Positions 28,001-52,927 of a stretch of 64,000 nucleotides of DNA are shown here, in pieces. Made by a program: the position numbers and the translations under genes. The stretch covers positions 496,001 through 560,000 of the forward strand of contig NOWV01000012.1 in the NCBI GenBank assembly GCA_003344405.1, in the 5' to 3' direction. The DNA is from Trichoplax sp. H2. Its lineage: Eukaryota. The notes under the pieces were generated by a model. The model ran no database searches. It was not told the DNA's origin and saw nothing but the letters and a program-made list of their open reading frames with translations. Positions within the stretch are counted from its first letter, which is position 1, and each line of letters starts with the position of its first letter.

Positions 28001-29013
28001 CGTAATTTTATTTATTTTAAATAGCGAGTGATAGTGTAGTATCAACTATCGTTATTCGTGGTTCTTCTGACAATATCATGGATGATGTGGAAAGATCAAT
28101 TGACGATGGTGTCAATACCTACAAGGCTTTGACGAAGGTTTGAATGTTATCCTAATGATTATGTTACTTAATATTCTATATTACTATTAACAATAAAAGT
28201 AAACCCATTGCGTTTAAATCTATAATTACCGATTTTCCCTCGCATTCTTAGATTGGTTTTATCTGATGTGATAGTTATAAATCTAATTTATTCATACACG
28301 TAGGATCCTCGATTGGTACCCGGGGCTGGTGCAACAGAAATAGAGTTAGCGAAGGAAATTTCATCTTACAGTGAAACGTGTCCTGGTTTAGCTCAATACG
28401 CTATAAAGAAATTTGCACAAGCCTTGGAGGCGCTTCCAAGAGCGCTTGCCGAAAACTCTGGCGTCAATGCCAATGAAGTTATTTCTAATTTATATGCAGC
28501 CCATCAAACAGGCGATAAGGCTAGTGGTTTTGATATTGAGGTAAGTTGATTTGGTATTGGGTCATTTTGGCACATTCTCTAGCTGTGGATTGCAATTCTG
28601 TGCATTCTAACATTCGCAAATGTGCAACAGTTTTATCGAACTTTATATTAGCAATTGCGTTTATATAGCGCATTTTGTCAGTCAGAGTTCGGAAAACTCT
28701 ATCTTTCCCATTAATAAGAGATGCTTTAAATTTTCTAGACGGGAAAAGCAGATGTAAAAAACGCAACTGAGTGCGGTATTGTTGATTTGTATCTTGTTAA
28801 ACATTGGGGACTAAGATTTGCCACAGATGCGGCAGCTACTGTTCTTCGAGTTGATCAGGTAACAAAAACATGCATTATCATTTGAGTATCTCATATTTTA
28901 TATAATGCTAACAAAGTTAAAACTGTGCTTCATATAAAATGGGATAGATCTTCATGTCAAAACCAGCAGGTGGACCGAAGCCACCAGAAGCGAAAGATCG
29001 AGACGATGATTAA
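25061..29013 (+). CDS. CCT8: T-complex protein 1 subunit theta, multi-exon
   Basis: Exon 1 (25061-25117) MALHIPRGMLQTMMKDGAK; exon 2 TRTSYGPNGMNKMIINHIEKLFVSNDAAT; GDGTN motif; VPGAGATEIELAK; C-terminal VLRVDQIFMSKPAGGPKPP...DDD* with stop at 29011-29013. Confidence 0.96.
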
Positions 29014-29496
29014 CCTCCTTTTTAACTAATATTTGTAATAATCTAAATTTATTCGTATTCTACATCAATCTAAAGATAATCTTCTCTTTGAAATAGTATA
29101 CAACACGAAAACAAATAAAGTAATTATTTAACTAATATTAATCTATGAATGCAAAATTTATCATTCCAGCAGTTTTCTTACACACTTGTGAAAAAACTCG
29201 AACGTCGTAGTATGCTGTTTATTGCATATAAGAACTAACAGGCTACATTAACTGCATATGATGTTATGTTCATAATTTAAGAAACTAGTGTGTAAATATA
29301 CTTACGTAAACGGACATACATTGCGAATCTACAGTAGTAATTTTCTTTTTCAGTAGTGATTGACTTCTAAATACTCGACTTCACGTACATAGATATATCT
29401 TCTATAATAGCCATACTAGTGATAAACGAGTAAGGTAAAAAAATATATTGCAGGCTATATCATATAGCATGCCGGTAATTTCGTTGTACATTCTCC

Positions 29497-32400
29497 TTAT
29501 AAACCAAATGGGTCTTGTGGTTGCAATGGTGGTCGTTGAAATGCTGCTTGCGGTTGTGATTGGGTTGGAAACATATTTTGCTGTTGGAATGGATTTAACT
29601 ATAAAAATGAGAATTGGGTTGGCAATTAAATTGAGAGTAGAATAAGAGGCTTCAGTTTATCCAACTTACAGGGTTAACGGGTTGCTGCATAGCCATCGGC
29701 TGTGTAAACTGTTGTTGAGGAAACTAGTTTTCGTTATTAAAATGTTAAAATAAGTGTAATAGTTAGTACTATAATAGTGGGTATAATACTGCTGTAGATT
29801 TCGCCTTGAATAGAAAAAAGGACATATTAATTTCCCTAAAGAAAATATAAGGACAATTTACCCCCGCAGTCTGTTGCTGGTTCCAAGTGCCAGGTTGTCC
29901 CCAGGTTGTAGTTGTAGTAGCGGCAATCGGTCTAAATTGATAATTATCTCCTCCGGTTAATTTTTGTGGTTGAGATGGTGTCCATTGATGTTTCGATCTA
30001 TTTATTATACGGTATAATAAAGAGTTTTAACAATAGTACTATTCGTCAAGATATTCAACAGTTGCAAGTATATCTATTCTAACTCACTTTTTACTGGCCA
30101 TAACTGATCCTTTTGCAGGAACAGTGGCATTAGTGTTACGCAAGGCTGTAAAGAAAATATAGTCGATCAATTCGTATATATAAATTAAACAATTATTGGC
30201 CATCATTAATTCATGTGTTACGCTACGTACTCAGATTTTCAGCGGCCTTCGCTAAGCTAGAATCCAAATCATTCGATAATTGGGCATTTGAATCATTATT
30301 TTGAATCTGTTGGGCTTTCTCTGTTCCAAGAACGGTCGGTTGCATAACTCCAGCAAATACTTTAAATGTAACAATAAAGTTAATAAACTACTTTTGTACT
30401 GGATAAAGTGAGAAAATTTTTAAAGACTACTTACGATCTAATGGTTGATCACTGTTCGAGTTGGGGGCATCTTTAAAATTAGCTTTAAATGGTTCGTTAT
30501 TTGCTACAGGTTAATGTAATAGGGTACATATTAATAGAAATCAAATGTTCGTAATTGCTGAAATTAATACACGCTTCCTCTATAATATGCAATTTTATTT
30601 TTGTCGTATACTGTATATTACTACAGTAAGATGAAACTAGCAAATACGCTCAACGTCAAGACTAATATATTGAGATGGAAATCTCCATATAAGTATGTAG
30701 AATGCTTTAAAGATTCATATTCTTTCAAACTTTATTCAACAGCTGAAATAGCTGCACTCTAACTTTTAATCTTATATTTTAAGATACCTTGTGGCACTTG
30801 ATTGAAATTTGCATTAAACGATTCAGCTAAAAATAATGATTGAAATTAAACGAGAAGTAGGAATTATATCGTAATTGATGTAATTTATTCATCTAGTATT
30901 ATATTCTATTTTATTTTTCTATATTTTTACCTTGTGTTGGTTGATTAAAATTCGTATTAAATTGCATAGCAGGAGCAGCTAAAATAAACATTGAAATACA
31001 GTATAAGTACTTCCAGAACTTATATCATAGTAACATATCTATGGTATTTCATTTATAGTTGTAAAGGTATTTTATGATTCAGTTGGCGTTATATATAGTA
31101 ATTGTTCTGTGTTTATGACTGATAGGCGTAAAACATCATTTAATTTTGTTGAAAGAACCTTGAGGCTGTTGCTGAGATTGCCAGAGAGAATTTCCAGCAC
31201 CACTTTGAGCGCCTGTAGGTTGCGAAGGAAAAATACCTCCAAGATCAGTTAGATCATTCTTTGGTACTGTCGGTTGCTGTGGTGATACAGAGCTGGCCAT
31301 AGGCGACTGTTGAAAAGGATCAGCTTGAGGACTAGTAACAGTTGGCTGCGATTGAAAAGGATCAATTTGAGGTTTAGCAACAGTTGGCTGCTGTTGGAAC
31401 AGATCAGCTTGAGGACTAGCAACAGTAGGCTGCGGTTGACTGTTTGAATTGAAAGGATCGAACGCTGTACGTTGCTGTTTTGGTTGCTCAGCAGGGGCAT
31501 TGTTGAATGGTTCAAAAGTATCAAATGAAGGAGTCTTTTCAGTTGGAGTGGGCTGTGGTGAATTTGGTGATATTAAATTTGGTTGTTGTTGAGGGGTTTG
31601 CGGTTTTGCTTGATTTGCGGTAGCAGAACCGGGTGCAACGTTGAGACTGTAAGCTCTTTGCTATAGATAAATGATACAGGATCTACATTCATATCACGTT
31701 CTACATATTAAATTATCAAGCAGTATTGCAGTATAACCTTCAATATTTCCATATTTTGGATTTCCGCTTTTGCTTTCTCTATTTCTTCAGTTGAAGCTTT
31801 GCCTCTGTATTAAATGGAAATGGGTATTTAATTAATGATAGCAATTCATTCATTATTTTACATGTGTTTTAAGTTTGAGTGAATGCGTACTTGGCTCCTT
31901 TTTTATCTAGACCGTAAAAATGATTCTCTAGGGCCTCGAGTAAGCTTGCAGGTGCCTAATAATAAGTTCAATACCAAGTTCGATTTAATTATGTACTTAT
32001 CTGTGCCAAAATGATACAAAACGTTCATCACTTACAGAATTGAGATATGGAATATCCCCTTTGTCGTATCCACGATCCTAAATGCATATATATATATTTG
32101 TGACTTTACTATTCAGGATCTACTTGATATAGTGCTTTCAGATAATTATTTTCAATTGAGCTAACCTCAGCTATTTTCCAAAATTCTTTAACTTTTTCCA
32201 TTGTGACAACAAATTTTTTATAAAACTCTAATGCATCCTTACAGCTCTTTTTGCTTAAATCAAAATATTTCTCTATATGTAATACAGAGGAGAGGAAGAA
32301 CTAGTCAAGAGATGTTATTCAAATTTATGCGTAAAAAAAATTTTTGCTCAGACAGATTTTGTATTTATTACTTCAGAATATTTAGTACACACCTAATAGG

Positions 32401-35400
32401 TTGATCATTGCGTCATTATAACAAGCAAATAGCCGTACAAGATCCTACAGTGGATAGTACATGATTTATAAGACGATATAACTTGATTGAATTGGAATAA
32501 TATATACTGCTAAGAATTAAAATTACCTTGAATAATAAGAAGAAGGCATTGGAAATAACGCCATTGCTTAATTCACCAACCGTGATCTAGTGCATGATGA
32601 AGAATATTGTTATGACATGCACTTCCTATGCTACAATAATGATAAATGACTGCGTACCTCCATTCCAAGAAGGGAATCAATTTGTTGCTCGAGTGCAGGC
32701 AAAGTTTTACTTAACTGTAAAGTATCAAGTCCCAATAACTAATTAGTAAATTTTGTAAATTTTTTATATGATAATGTGTATCTACTGATACTACTGATAA
32801 TTTTAATGATTATTATTGTCTAAGGAAAAGTATAAAGAGAAGCTAATAATCAAAATAAGGCATATTTAATTACTTTAATCATTATAGTTACCTTAGCGAA
32901 TTCTTGCTTTCTCAGAATACCATCTTTCCTGGATAATTTAAAAAAAACAATACAATTTTATTTCAAAGGATTTAACTTGGTAATAACAGGGTTAAATTTA
33001 TTACATTTAGATGGTAATACAACCCTTTCTACATACCCTCGTTCAACTCTACAAAAATCATAAGCCATCATACGGTATGAGTATGATTTTGCATTGAGGT
33101 ATTTGGCATATTTTCTAGCAAACAGTGACATTTCGTATCCTAAACAATAGTAAAGCGGTAAATTAATGGACTCATCTCCTAATATTGACAATATCAATCC
33201 AAATAGTTTACTAACCTTGATTTCCACTTCTATCTAAGAAAGTTTCCAGGTTGAAGCTAGCAGTTCTAGAAGCTACGTGTTGGACATAACGCTGAAAACA
33301 CGATATATGTACATTGTTGAACAAATGTCATCATTGCATCGACGAGTAGGAGTTTTATGTGCTAATTTTAATTTTTAGTTCACTTAGATTGTACTGTTAT
33401 AATACTACGCAGATAAATGTATTCACTTGTATGCTATTTTTGATAAATTTATCCTAACGACATTTATAGAAAAATGTTCCAACAGGAATCGCTCGCCTCT
33501 TTTTAGCCACATAAGTGTATGTCAAAGTATCAACTTAGAACGGACGATAAAAAGTCAATGCATACATGCCACAAAATTGCTTTCAAAATGGGTGTGATTC
33601 AATAGTGTACAATATTGATGATCGAAATTGATATATCAAGTATCTTGTCATTAATAATAACGTAATACATATAGCTGTTGCGCTTCTACTCATCCAGTAG
33701 AGAAATAGAAATGATACTCATTTATTGGCAATTAATTCAAGTAGTAGTCGATATTCGTATTTCTATCGATTAAAGTTTTATAAGGCAGAATAGATAACAA
33801 CTACTGCCTTTCTAATGAAAAGACTTCATTATCCCTATTGAAAATAGTCTAGTCATACTATCTATTACAGTATACTAGTAGTCCTTGGTTATCCCATGTA
33901 GTGAATTATTTTTACAAGAAATTAAACTTTTCATCCAATGATCAGATCATCCATGGTCATACAGTACATGCAATAGTCATTCTTGATTACACTGATACAC
34001 TATACTTGGGTAAATATTACTTATTCAATAGAGGATACAGCAGCTAAATATGGCAAAGATGGATAATTCATAATACAGTATAATTCTAGGGCGAGAGAAG
34101 TGGCTTGATAGCCTGTATTAAGAATCGAAGCAAGTTCATTTCTCCTATTCTAGTCTATTATCAATATAGAGTTTTTTCATTTTTTTGTACTGAAACATTA
34201 TTTTTACAATCGCCTATTCCTATGGGAAACTTGCATTGAGGATTAACTACGTGTGTTATAAATAATGGATAAAGTGTAATTTCGCTTGCTATTTTACACT
34301 TTCTTTTAAACAGTTAGTACTCTACAACACGTTCAAATGGCATTTGAATCAATTGGTGCAAACATCACCGTAGTCTTAAGATTACAATAGTTGACAGCTG
34401 TATGACTGATCAATGATTTTGGAAAGTACATTCTTTGAATGTACTTCAAAGTTTCAAATCAAAGTGTGATCAAGCGGAAAATTTTACCTTTCAATGTGAA
34501 GTAACTTGGAATTGTGAACGCGGAAATGAGGCACTTTCTTATAATTGCCAACTATATCATTCATTCGATTTTGTGCGATTATTTTACGTTGAACGCAATA
34601 AAGGAGGAATAAAGTACATTTAGTTGACATGGATAGCAACTGTAGTTGAGCTACAATACTTGATTACAAAATATAGTTGAAGATTCTGTACTGAAATTTT
34701 ACTTTCTACTCTGCAGTCTGTGTATTACTTGACGCAAGGTTGGTATCTTAACCTGGAGAGTTGATTTAGACTGAAATTTGACGAAAATGATTGATTGTTG
34801 CAAATATCTATTGATATAGTTGGTTTTAGTGGTTCAAGCTTGTTGGAACATAATGAAGTTGCTATGACTAATAGGAGAACGTGATGAAGCAATACAAGTT
34901 AACGTGTTGAAAAAGAGTAAAATTGGTTGTGCTCTATTATTGATGATCCAATGGGGATCATGACCATCACGACAACATGGGTATTTGCTCTATTTAGGCG
35001 AGGTAGAAGAAGAATACTACCATGGCTTGATATCGTTGTCTGAATAGCGGGGATAACGACTAATGGAACAAAGTTGCTCGTCCTCTACTTTACCCCAAGG
35101 TTGATTATAAATGGATTGAATGGAAATATTGTTATTGTAACATTGTAGTTACGTATATTTCTTCAATCAACTGGGTCAGTTAGAAAGGAGTAGTGAAAGA
35201 CTGAACAACAACAACAAATGCCTTTGTAGATCGTAGTTGTAAGTGGAAAAAAAACACATAGTGTATACTAGTTGGATGGAGTAACTCAACATAAACTTAT
35301 CATCAAGCATTGATTTGAATTGATGAAGGTACAAATTAGACTCAAATTTACCTCATTGCCATAGCATAAGAGTTGATGATGAGTGACTAATGTCTTGCAA

Positions 35401-36523
35401 ACTACCACCCAACTGGTATTATTAGTACGCTCGTATAAGGTATCCACCATGACAGAAATATCCACATTTTGTCCATGGGTACACTGGATCAAATCTAGAA
35501 GGTAGTTGAAAATAGGAAAAAGAGAATCATTATTTAACGCTATCTTGCCTCAAGCAAAAGACAGATTGGTGTCAATGGAAAAAAAAGAAGAAGAAACAAG
35601 TAGGATAGTCTATCGTTATCCAACTGGAAATTGTATCATTCTTGATCGATATCAACTTGAATCCTCCATTGGACCCTATCGATCAGGACTGTTGGTTGGA
35701 TGATCGAGTATTGGAGCACGTTATGATGACTACTGGTGAAGGAATTTTCCTGTTAGTGAGAAATTGGGGTCTTTCTGGTTTGTACTGAGTTTGAGAAAGG
35801 TCGATGAAAGTATGAAAAGAAAGGAAGGAGGGAGGGGGGGGGGGAAAAAAAAGAAAAGACATGACAAGCAAGTGGAATGCAGACCGTCTTGTTCTTGGAC
35901 TATCTTACTGTCTCTTCTATATACTTATTGGTGGTACGAAAAGTGTCTACGGTAGTACTATGTGTGAACGATGATCAACAAGCTCTTGACAACGAACGAT
36001 TGCATGTTTTGTACTCATGCAAGGTTGGAAAAAATGGCAAGTGAATGAATTGAATAACGGATCGATTGATTGTACAATTCATCATTGTCCATGATGAGGA
36101 TGGAAAGTGGTCGAGTCGATCAAGATTAGCGTAGAGAGATAGTAAAAGATCCTTTTGGTTGGACTTGTCCTGTATGTAAAAGAGCAATGGCGACGACGAT
36201 TTTGCATCTTTTGTATGCAAAGTGGGAAAAAAAAAAAAGAAAGAAAAAAAAAGGAAATGGATGGGAGAAGCTTAGGATAAGCACTACCCATCATCCTCGC
36301 TGATGATGACAGCAAGTAACGACAGTGGAGATGAATAGTAGTAGTAATAACAGTAGTAGAATAAAATAGAGCAAAGGACATGGTGGATCCTGTTCGACAT
36401 ACAATCGACATGTTTCTTCTTGGGTGAGATGATATCATGGTTGGTCGCTTTGCATACAGCTTTGGAGATGAAATCGCCAGTTAAAACATGGCGGGCAGCA
36501 GTCACTCGATCGACAACGGACAT
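29497..36523 (-). CDS. PICALM: ANTH-domain clathrin assembly protein (PICALM/AP180-SNAP91 family), multi-exon
   Basis: Exon 1 MSVVDRVTAARHVLTGDFISKAVCKATNHDIISPKKKHVD; WVVVCKTLVTHHQLLCYGNE; GYEMSLFARKYAKYLNAK; disordered tail with DPF/NPF motifs, DLDSSLAKAAENL and KLTGG; ends QDPFGL*. Confidence 0.93.
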
Positions 36524-37128
36524 AATTGGTATCCAATCTATTTAGCCAATAGAACAAGTATTCAATGAATGCAGTGGCAACCTAAGATTGAAATCAATCT
36601 AATTCATCGAATCGTCTTCAACTAACTAGCGATCAAAAGCTTGCAAGAAATGAGAAAGGAGCGCAATAAAAAGGTGGAGCAGCGATTTGACGTCAAGCGT
36701 GCAGTCACATTCAACCACCGTGGTGACACACTACTGCGGACTGTAGCGTTGTGTAGGACGTGCACTGGCGTCCACAGTGCATGAGTGCGGAAGCGAGTGT
36801 TAAGTATGGTAGACTGTAGACTGTAGACTGTAGAGGACAGGAGAAGTCGGCGACGCCGGCGGCGCGAGACGAGCGTGATGACGCGATAACGCTCGCTGGA
36901 CTAGACACGATCGTATACCATCGTCGCGACTGTATACAACAGTATGCATTTCAACAATCGACGATAGGATTGTATGGAGCATGGTTGACCACCATGTCGA
37001 CTTGTCTTGGGTAGTCTGTCGTCCACAGTCTATAGTACTGTAAATACAGTACTGTAGACTGTGGACTGCAGGCAGGACTCTACTGTACAGTGTACACTGT
37101 TACTGGAGACTGTTGAGGCATTTCGTTC

Positions 37129-37613
37129 ATGAAGGCCTTGAAGGTAGCACTACCGTTAACACCAAAGGCTACGGTAGACTGTTTAGGCCTTGAAGGTAGC
37201 TTTAATTCCATATCAAACATCGAATAACCTCTAAACCCTATCGTTGTTTCTAATTACACATCAATGTTGCATCGAGAAGTTAAATTGAATCCCCCCAAAA
37301 AGACAGTGATGGTCACGCTACGTTCCCATAGTAAAGCACTTCAAAGGTTAATGAAGGCCTTGAAGGTAGTACCACCGTCAACACCAAAGGCTACGGTAGA
37401 CTGTTTAGGCCTTGAAGGTAGCTTTAATTCCATATTAAACATCGAATAACCTCTAAACCCTATCGTTGTTTCTAATTACACATCAATGTTGCATCGAGAA
37501 GTTAAATTGAATCCCCCAAAAAAGACAGTGATGGTCACGCTACGTTCCCATAGTAAAGCACTTCAAAGGTTAATGAAGGCCTTGAAGGTAGTACCACCGT
37601 CAACACCAAAGGC
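37129..37613. repeat. 222-bp tandem repeat, ~2.2 near-identical copies
   Basis: atgaaggccttgaaggtag at 37129, 37351 and 37573. This also explains the twin ORFs at 37264 and 37486. Confidence 0.92.
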
Positions 37614-37861
37614 GAATACTGTAGACACTAGCGATATCCTCATTAGTAAAAAAATGGAGGACACATTTCTGTGGCATGGCGGCGCTCGCCATGCAACAGA
37701 ATGGACATCGACCAGGAAAATGCTTCAATGAATATTGTAGCATGGGTTGCCTTGTTAAGGCCAAAAGAAAAAATTTTCAGTCACCTAATGAAGTGATCAT
37801 TTCAAACCCAACAATGACCTGGTTCGCTTTGCTTACACTTGTCATTTTGGCTTTCTAGTGG

Positions 37862-38150
37862 ATATAAGGAATGCATTGGCAGTTTCAATCCAAAAGTAGG
37901 TCATGGACAGCTTGAAGGGATAAGCATTGATGGACAGTACAACTTCCATACATGTATTATATAAGGAATGCAGTGGCAGTTTCCACCCAAAAGTAGGTCA
38001 TGGACAGCTTGAAGGGATAAGCATTGATGGACAGTACAACTTCCATACATGTGTTATATAAGGAATGCAGTGGCAGTTTCCACCCAAAAGTAGGTCATGG
38101 ACAGCTTGAAGGAATAGGCATTGATGTACAGTACAACTCCCATACATGTA
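37862..38150. repeat. 97-bp tandem repeat, 3 copies
   Basis: ataaggaatgca...caaaagtaggtcatggacagcttgaagg...cagtacaac starts at 37864, 37961 and 38058. Confidence 0.92.
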
Positions 38151-41100
38151 TTTCACTCCCCCTTTCTCCTCCAAAAGAAAATTGCCGCTTGCTTGAACTG
38201 AACTTAATCTCAACTTAGAGAGAGCGCTTGAATGGAGAATTAACTTGCCTTGACTAGTACTACTGGTCGCTATACAGTTAGAGTGTTGTGACGATACTCT
38301 ACTGTTAAAGTACAGTGATAGTCCAGCGCTCCCCTTTTTCATCGCTGTACGTTCTTGTAGAAACGTTTTTCCGCATATTCTACAGCACCAATCAATGCGA
38401 CTACATCATTTCATACTTATTGGTAAGCTTTATTCATACAAAATGGACCAGTATATCAATACCGATGGCTTGTAACTCTAGCATCAAAAAATAGGATGCA
38501 ATGACATCTTAACTGAAGGCCCCAAAATACCGGTCGATAGTATTTGAGCTTGATTTCTTGCCTCTATGAGTGGGACGAATTGAATGCATACTAACGATAA
38601 TAATATAGTCATCAAGAGATGATCTGTCGTTACTTCAAGCTTAGCCATTGACGGATATCATCATTAATTTCTATGACTAACCAGCATCCGATCCTAAATT
38701 TCAACCTGTAAAGTAATGTTTGTGAGTTGTTCGAGATCAGCAAGCTGGTGTTGGATCGTGCTTCTAAGTTAGATAGTCATTTCATTATTCATCACTGCCC
38801 GCCTACTGTGATCAACGACGCATATAAATTAAATTAAATTAAAATTGGATTTGATTTATATCCCCCTCCACGGTATTATAATTATTGCATGGACATGATA
38901 GTAATTGGGCTCTAATACCAGACATTGTTGACATAAAGTAACCGGATGGATAGTTAACGTAAGCACTTTAGTATTTAATACTTGTGTACCTATATAGATA
39001 TACTCAGCCAGAATAGCTTCCATATCACCAATTAGATGCAATTATACGTAGGCATTAGTGGCGACTTTGACAACGAACTGCCATAAGATGTCGTGGCACC
39101 ATGGGCAAAATTCATGTTCATTTTTTAAAATCAAAATGAATGAAACCGACACAGTTTTAAATATACCCTTCAATAGAAAATTTGCTATGCCTATGGTGAA
39201 TTTGGCCTAAAAATTATTTTATTATCAGATTTTCTGAATCACATTGATTTAAATTTGTCTTTTTCCTTTTGGGGGTTTATGAGAGATCTCTGGTTGAATT
39301 CTAATCAAGAAACCAATATACAATTCTCCTTTTATAGCTTTTACCCTTAATTAGTATAATTAGTATAATAACCAACCGAACAATACTACATTCAATACTC
39401 CACGCTGAACATATCAATCAAAATTATCACTAATGAATACATTAAAGCATAACTCATTTTGTACAATATGTTCGTAGTATCGCCTTGATATTGTTATCAT
39501 CGCATCTTTTCCTTACGTAAACGAGGAAAATGATATTTATGGGGGTAAGAGTCTAGACTCTTTTCCTTCAAAGGGTTTCAGTAAACATGTCAATTTTTAA
39601 AACTAGACATATACACTAGTAATAGTTCATTAATGGATACTAGTAATGATTTGATGCAGTACTGTACAGTGTACATACTAATACTAATACTAATATAATT
39701 CAATTTTGGATTACTCTTTTTATTATCCAGCATAATGTTAGCCACTTCTCTAAAAGTCCTTCATAATGTGTAGGCTTGCTTGCCTATCCATTACCAATAC
39801 TGTAACTTATATAGCGGTATCTACTATTAAACCATTTTTCTATCCGAGTAAAGCAATTTACCTTTGCTTCCAGTTGCTGCACCATGACTCATGACAGTAT
39901 AATTCTACCGGTAATGCAACCACAATGATTCCTCAAGATAATTAATTCCTTTATTTTAACATTACAATACTCTACTGTATAGGTTATTATGCTGCTATTA
40001 TAACGTGTTTTACTGATATTATATCCGCTTATGAACGCATTGTTATTGACTTTTTTATCTATATTTTTGCCACCTAAAATTTGCCTTACCGCCATTACTT
40101 TGCATACATTGCACTATGATGTGCAGGATGCAAATTTTACATCATTAACTGTACAGGATAATAATAATAGTCCTAATAGCATACGTGCATATAGAGAGAC
40201 ATGCGACTTTAAAAAGAAAGGTCTCTAATGTATATATATAACATATATAAACAATACAAAGAAAACCACCTGCATATCATTAATTATACCTTAATTTATT
40301 CATGATAATTTAGCTTGACTATCGGTCCTCGTCTTTAAAAGAACCGGAGATTATGGATTACCGCAAGACCTACATACAGTATTGTGTGTACTATACGCTA
40401 TACAGTATACTCATACATATTTTTTCTATCTTTATCTCTGTGCATTATAGACCTTGGGATCACAGGTATTACTCAACGCCATCCATTTTACAGTACATAC
40501 TGATGCATACGCGAAGACAAACGAAAACTTCATCAATTAATTTCACTGTCAACATAAATCTCGTTGCAGTATACAAAGAGTTCATCATAACTTTAACGAG
40601 GTTACGGGTTATTATATTTTAATATTTGTTGCTGTCATGAGAGTTAGTATACTATAGTAAGCCTGCATAATAAAGAGGTTTACTTTCACATGCATTGCGC
40701 TTTATACCTTAAATCAACTTCTGATATCTAGATTGAAGCAAAATCGTAATCTACGGTACTTGGCAAACTTGTAAAGCACTATCAATAGTATAGTGTTAAT
40801 ACTTTATAAGAAATTGTCAACATACTACTATAAGCAACTAAGGTTGCCGCGCAAGCTGAACATAATAAATTGGATAGTCTACACCTTAGAGTGGATCACA
40901 TCATAAAATAGATTGGATGATCAATTTGCAAACAGAGTGGACTTAATGATGTACTACATAGAATTAACGGATCCATCTAGGTATTCGTATGCACGTATTG
41001 TACTGTACAGTTCTGTTTGCAGAGCATTATACCTTAGTCCTACTACAGTATATCCACAAGCACTAGAGAACAAGCGATGACGTCAGATTTTGATTACACA

Positions 41101-41511
41101 TAACTACTCCCATAACATGAAGTTACTACTGCATGTCTGTATCGATAAACAGCTAATTCAATCCAAAGGGTAGTGCAATTACTCGTACTATAGGTTTCCT
41201 CGCTGCTAACAAAAAGTAGAAAGCTTATCAGCAAAGGTGCAATCAGTTTACAGCGGGTAAGATATTCTTTTATACAGCGCATATATTACAGCGAACTTAA
41301 TATGAATATAGCGTACCATACAATAGATTCACATATCGTTTGTATTGGTAGAAATCTGATCCCAAATTTTATTTTACATTATCTTTAACAAAAAATTTCA
41401 GTATATTACATTAATGAGGATAATATTAGAAATTTGGTAAGCACTTTCTCCCGTAAATTATTACGAAAAAGAGCACAAACAGCATTATATTGTTAATACC
41501 AAGTTTTAGCG

Positions 41512-51980
<10,469 letters not shown>

Positions 51981-52519
51981 TTTCCAAGTTTGTCTATATT
52001 ACTAGTGAGATAAATTAGTCATTGCTTACCGATGAATCACTGTACACTATGTTGTACGCGACCCGCTTAAAATTGTTTGTAATGGCTTATTACGTACTTT
52101 CAACAGTTCTTTCCTTTCTTTCTTTGGCTACGGAGGGACCAGTGAATAGACTGAATACTCCTTTACAGTACAGTATACTGTAGAGTATGGTCCAGTATGG
52201 TCTAGTCCAGGATGACTGTTAATAGAACTTGTGCTGAGTACAGTACAGTACAGTCCACTCCAGTACAGTGTACAGTGTACAGTACGTATTGTACGGTACT
52301 GTAGTGTTTGAATGTGTCCATGAGCTACAGTACTGTACAGTACAGGATCTGTTCAAGGGGGCATTTGACGACGCATGCACGTCGAGCGTTGACATACTGT
52401 ACAGTACAGTACAGTACAGTACTGTACACAGTACTAGTAAATAAATCAATACTGAACTGTACTGTACAGTACTGTACTTGACAACAAAGCAAATACTGTA
52501 CTGTACAGTACTGTACAGT

Positions 52520-52927
52520 ATACTGTAGGCGTCCAGTACTACTGTACTGTACAGTACTGTACTGGACGCCTACAGTATGAGTACAAGGATACAACTGTAC
52601 AGTACAGTACAGTACTCCGTACAGTACACTGCTGTACTGTAGAGTAGAGACTGAGAAGAATCTGAATGCAATTGTACAGTACAGTAAGTTGGGGCTGTGA
52701 GCCTGCGCACTGTACTGGGCTATTAACTTATCTTATTGTACTGTACTGTACTGTACTGGACGCCTACAGTATGAATACAAGGATACAAGTGTACTGTACT
52801 GAGTACTGTACAGTACACTACTGTACTGTAGACTACAGTAGAGACTGAGAAGAATCTGATTGCAATTATACTGTACTGTACTGTAAGTTGGGGCTGTGAG
52901 CCTGCGCACTGTACTGTGCTATTAACT
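52520..52927. repeat. ~194-bp direct duplication plus 20-bp inverted repeat in the BRWD/DHDDS divergent promoter
   Basis: tactggacgcctacagtatga at 52560 and 52754; agttggggctgtgagcctgcgcactgtactg occurs twice; atactgtaggcgtccagtac (52520-52539) is the reverse complement of 52559-52578. Confidence 0.85.

Noticed and set aside
37264-37858. Repeated ORFs MLHREVKLNPPKK... as a gene family
   Set aside because: They are a by-product of the 222-bp tandem repeat, with no recognisable homology or splice structure.
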